Source: Eledone cirrhosa
Taxonomy: Eukaryota
DNA: 64,000 nucleotides
Reading direction: 5' to 3'
NCBI GenBank assembly: GCA_964016885.1
Contig: OZ024741.1
Span: forward strand, 125,426,001 to 125,490,000
The position numbers and the translations under genes are program-made. Each line of letters begins with the position of its first letter. Position 1 is the first letter of the stretch. Below the pieces are notes generated by a model, which was given only the letters and a program-made list of their open reading frames with translations, was not told the origin of the DNA and made no database searches. This document shows, piece after piece, positions 60,061 through 64,000 of the stretch.

Positions 60061-60762
60061 CACCCAGATATTGGCACGTCAGCTATTCCAGCTTCCTCTA
60101 GCTCCCTGTTGGAACTAATCCATGTTGGAAAGGTAAGGATGTTACCCACCAGAAGGGGGCATACATGGATGGAGGGAAGAAAGCATGGAAGAGACGGAAA
60201 CAGGCATTTATGTAGACAGAGAAATATATATACACTTTCAAATATACAGTTTTGTAACATAGAACCCGAGGTCAACGTTGTCTTTCACCCATTCGGGGTA
60301 GATTAAAAAGCAAGTACCAGTTTAGTACAGGGGTCGAGTCTTCCTCTATATCTTTCTCACTTCCACTCTCTTATTCTCTCTATACTTCTCTGGAAGAAAT
60401 CTACTGTATTCTGTCCTGGGGAGGGATGGGCTCCACCAGGTTTTAAAATGCCCTAGAAATACTGTATATCAATACAGTGCCCCTATCACTCTCTCAGGGG
60501 TTACATGCATGCATCCAACATAGAACAAGAGACACTTTCAGGCGGTTTGGTATCGAATGGATTGACAAAGTAAAAAAAAAAAAGCAGCATTAGTGAGTAC
60601 GTTGGAACTTCACAAATCAACTGGAATAGCTGATATGTCAAAACTGAAAATAATCAATAGATTCTCAGATATATTGTGTGGAATCCAACATTTCCTTTTC
60701 AACAGCAACCTACCATGAAAACACACATATGTGAGTGTGTGTATGTATATATGTTTATGTGT

Positions 60763-60895
<133 letters not shown>

Positions 60896-61009
60896 GTTTA
60901 ACGACCCTTAAGGAAAGAATGATGGACCATGTTTAGCTCACCCAGGGCATATTTTGGCTTGGTGTCTACAGCTGGATACCCTTCCTAACGCCAATATACA
61001 TACCGACAA

Positions 61010-61094
61010 AAAGTTGAATTTTTTATGTGCATAACACTCCCTGAAATATGATACACATGTAAAGTTTGGAAAAGATCGGTTGGGTACTTCTCCG

Positions 61095-61165
<71 letters not shown>

Positions 61166-61645
61166 CCTCAGTTTTATATATATACAGATTAAAATAACAG
61201 ATTAAAGTTTAAGCAAAGAATCGTTGCTTTCACCCTTAAGGGGATCTTCTTAAACTAAAACAATCAATCTGTGAATGCAGAAGTAAATATTTCGAAAAAC
61301 GTTGCAACCGAAGGAAAACAGGAAGACGATACTTTGGTTCGTGAAGACGTTTCCTGGCAATGAACGGATAATAGCGAACATAATACGTCATCAATGTTCG
61401 TCAGAATACCGTAATGCAGACAGCCAGGCATACAGACAGATATTATAAGAGCGCAACGGAGAAGGATAACCGGCGCCTAACACTCTTTTAACAACAGAAA
61501 ATTGAAAAATAAAAGCTGCAGTTAATATCTTTAGACCGCAAGGAATATATAAATGTAAGTTTGTAGTCAATCGGAGTAGAAATGTGGATTTGTATAGACT
61601 TTGCAAAAATGAGGACGGACACACACACACACACAGACAACATCA

Positions 61646-61652
<7 letters not shown>
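61010..61652 (-). mobile_element. Second copy (5' part) of the Helitron/hammerhead composite
   Basis: Reverse complement is collinear with 53121-53712, including both Helitron 5' modules and the HHR (61206-61256). Confidence 0.75.
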
Positions 61653-61721
<69 letters not shown>

Positions 61722-62136
61722 GGGGGGTGCATGTATGTATACATAGAGATATATGAGTGTGTGTGTATGGAAGAACATTTAGAGAATACATAAACACATA
61801 GAATTCCAATAGGTGTATATTTACATATTCATTTGTTTGTCATGTCAGTCCTACTCCCATATATTAGATACAAATATCTTATATGTAAAAATTTTAAATT
61901 AAATTAATGCCCTAATTTTATTTTAAATTTCTGTGAATAAATTCATAATTTCATTTCCAATTTCTATGAATAAAATATTTAATATCTAACACAAAAAAAA
62001 TATATAGGAATTCATAAATTTGCACCAAATTTCACTTTATGAGCACCCATATATGTACGTGTGTATGTACACAATATATATATATAATAAAATAAAACAA
62101 GGACGCATGGTTACTCCTTCATTACGTTTATTGGTT

Positions 62137-62201
62137 GGTGACGCGCGTTTCACCTTCGATCAGCTCAAGGTTCGATCTGTATCGATCTAGCCCGTCAGAC
62201 C
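62137..62201 (-). ncRNA. Type I hammerhead motif (A9G)
   Basis: Minus strand GGT-CTGACGG-...-GAA-ACGCGCGT(palindrome)-C-ACC, between TA tracts. Confidence 0.6.
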
Positions 62202-62212
62202 CCTTTAGAGGT

Positions 62213-62246
<34 letters not shown>

Positions 62247-63169
62247 GTAACAGAGTGTTGTAGTTTGCTTGAAGCATTGTTGAATAGGAAACACAACTTT
62301 AAATCATTTTGAAAACCATACAATGCATTAGAAAGAAAATCAAGATTGCTAAGATAACAAAAGAATCTTACCTTAGCAAATTTGATAATCCCAGGGAGTA
62401 TCCCTATGAGAGATTAAAAGATCAGTCGGAGTTGACTTGCTTGTTTGGAGAGCAGATACATACATACATACATACATACATACATACATACATACATACA
62501 TACATACATGTGTATATATAAATATACATAAGCACATACATACATACATACATACATACACATATGCACACACCCACAGTTACACACACTTTCATTCTGT
62601 GGTGAAATCATCAGAAGTATACATATATATATTGATACATGCAATATCATCATCATCATCGTTTAATATATAAATATATACAAACATATATACATATATA
62701 TATGAATATAACACATAAACATTTATATGTAAGTGCTGAGAGAAGCTTTCCTATATATAAACCAAGAACTATGAAACATATTTATGTTTGTATATATGTA
62801 TAAATATGTACAGAGAGATAAGGGAGGTGGGAAATACAGATACTGTGGCATGAAACCCCACCCCTACTTGTAAATATAACATGATTGATAAAATGGTGGT
62901 GGGAGGTGGAAGAGGAGGAACCATGGGTAGTTTTCAGGTGGTTTGGTATGAAAATGGTTAACACTCTAGATATCTTATTGATTTCTTACCTTGTTTTCTC
63001 AGATTAATAATATTCCCAGAATTAGTAAAGATTTTGACAAGAAATCCAGACACTTACCTGTAAAAGACAAATAAATTATACATTACAATCAAACAGAAGA
63101 ATAGTATACATTTTAGATTTGATAACAATATATATAGTTTTATAAATAACATATCCTATCATATCCAAA

Positions 63170-63450
63170 TTGAGAGATCACAGCTCCGATATTAAGGGCA
63201 TGTGGTTAGAATGTCTCAGGAAAGAATAGCTGGACAGATTTTATGGGCAAAACCAATAAGCAGGAGACCCAGGAGTAGACCTCGAGCAAGATGGTTGGAT
63301 AACATCCATGAGCTTAGCCTGTCACGCTTGGGGATCCAGCCAGACCGGGTGAAGACGGTTGCTTCTGACAGGACCTGCTGGAAGGAGTGTTTGAGGTCTC
63401 TGCCCCCACGACCCTCTCAGGAAGAAGGAGAAGGAGAAGAACAGTTGTGA
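63170..63450 (+). mobile_element. Old RTE-clade 3' fragment
   Basis: QLRY*GHVVRM...RRPRSRPRARWLDNI...ASDRTCWK. Confidence 0.75.
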
Positions 63451-63782
63451 GAGCAATCCGACACTAAAATATACAATTAGTCGCCTACAGAGATGTAATG
63501 TGTATGAATGATGATTGAGTGAAGAGTGAAGAGGTGTGAAGAGGAGTTATGAATGGATGGAAGATGTGGAAGAGGAAGACCAAGATAGAAAGATGTGGGC
63601 AGAATTGGTGAAAGTTGTTGATTTCAGGATGTTGAACTTTACAAAGGAAATGACAAAAGAAACAAATGGAGAGATGATGTGCTAGATGGAGAAACCTTGT
63701 CTAACCCATAACGGTGGTGCAAGGCATTAAAACAAGTACACAACAACAAATAACAACAACAACAACAACATCAACAATACTA

Positions 63783-64000
63783 ATAATGGTTTCTACTTTA
63801 AGCACAAGGCCAGCAATTTGGGGCAAAAGGAAAGTCGATTAAATCAACCCCAGTGCATTACTGGTGCTTTATTTTATCGACCCTGTAAGGATGAAAGGCA
63901 AAGCTAACCTCGGTGGGAGTTGAACTCAGACTGTAAAGGGATGTAACTCAATGCTTTGAAGCAGGGTGTTGGCTGCTCTATCAATTCTGCCAATCCACCT
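63783..64000 (-). mobile_element. tRNA-derived SINE (same family as 3383-3800)
   Basis: Shared core TTTATCGACCCTGTAAGGATGAAAGGCAAAG. Confidence 0.75.

Overview
This is repeat-dense animal genomic DNA, AT-rich and dominated by (TA)n and TA-derived arrays. The SINE/LINE and microsatellite make-up suggests a cephalopod, probably Octopus, but that is inference. The only host coding sequence I can support is the first coding exon of an SLC12 (NKCC/NCC-type) cation-chloride cotransporter on the minus strand (41253-40231); no further exon was recognised downstream, so 1-40230 appears intronic. Mobile DNA includes one intact RTE-clade LINE (APE endonuclease, RT, embedded PHD-type finger) with several near-identical truncated copies, a second RTE subfamily and its partner tRNA-derived SINE, and a nearly intact Penelope-like element (RT + GIY-YIG) with an inverted pseudo-LTR. 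There are also Helitron, hAT and piggyBac non-autonomous elements and a 200-N assembly gap. The main unannotated signal is about 20 loci with minimal type I hammerhead-ribozyme (HHR) motifs from many unrelated families. Most sit against (TA)n tracts and many are built as palindromes with one HHR per strand. Several have non-consensus cores (CAGAAGA, CCGAAGA), some fold back at HHR stem II, and one has been captured by a Helitron. All folds were read by eye and need computational and biochemical confirmation. The long Y/I/H/T-rich ORFs in the ORF track are microsatellite artefacts.
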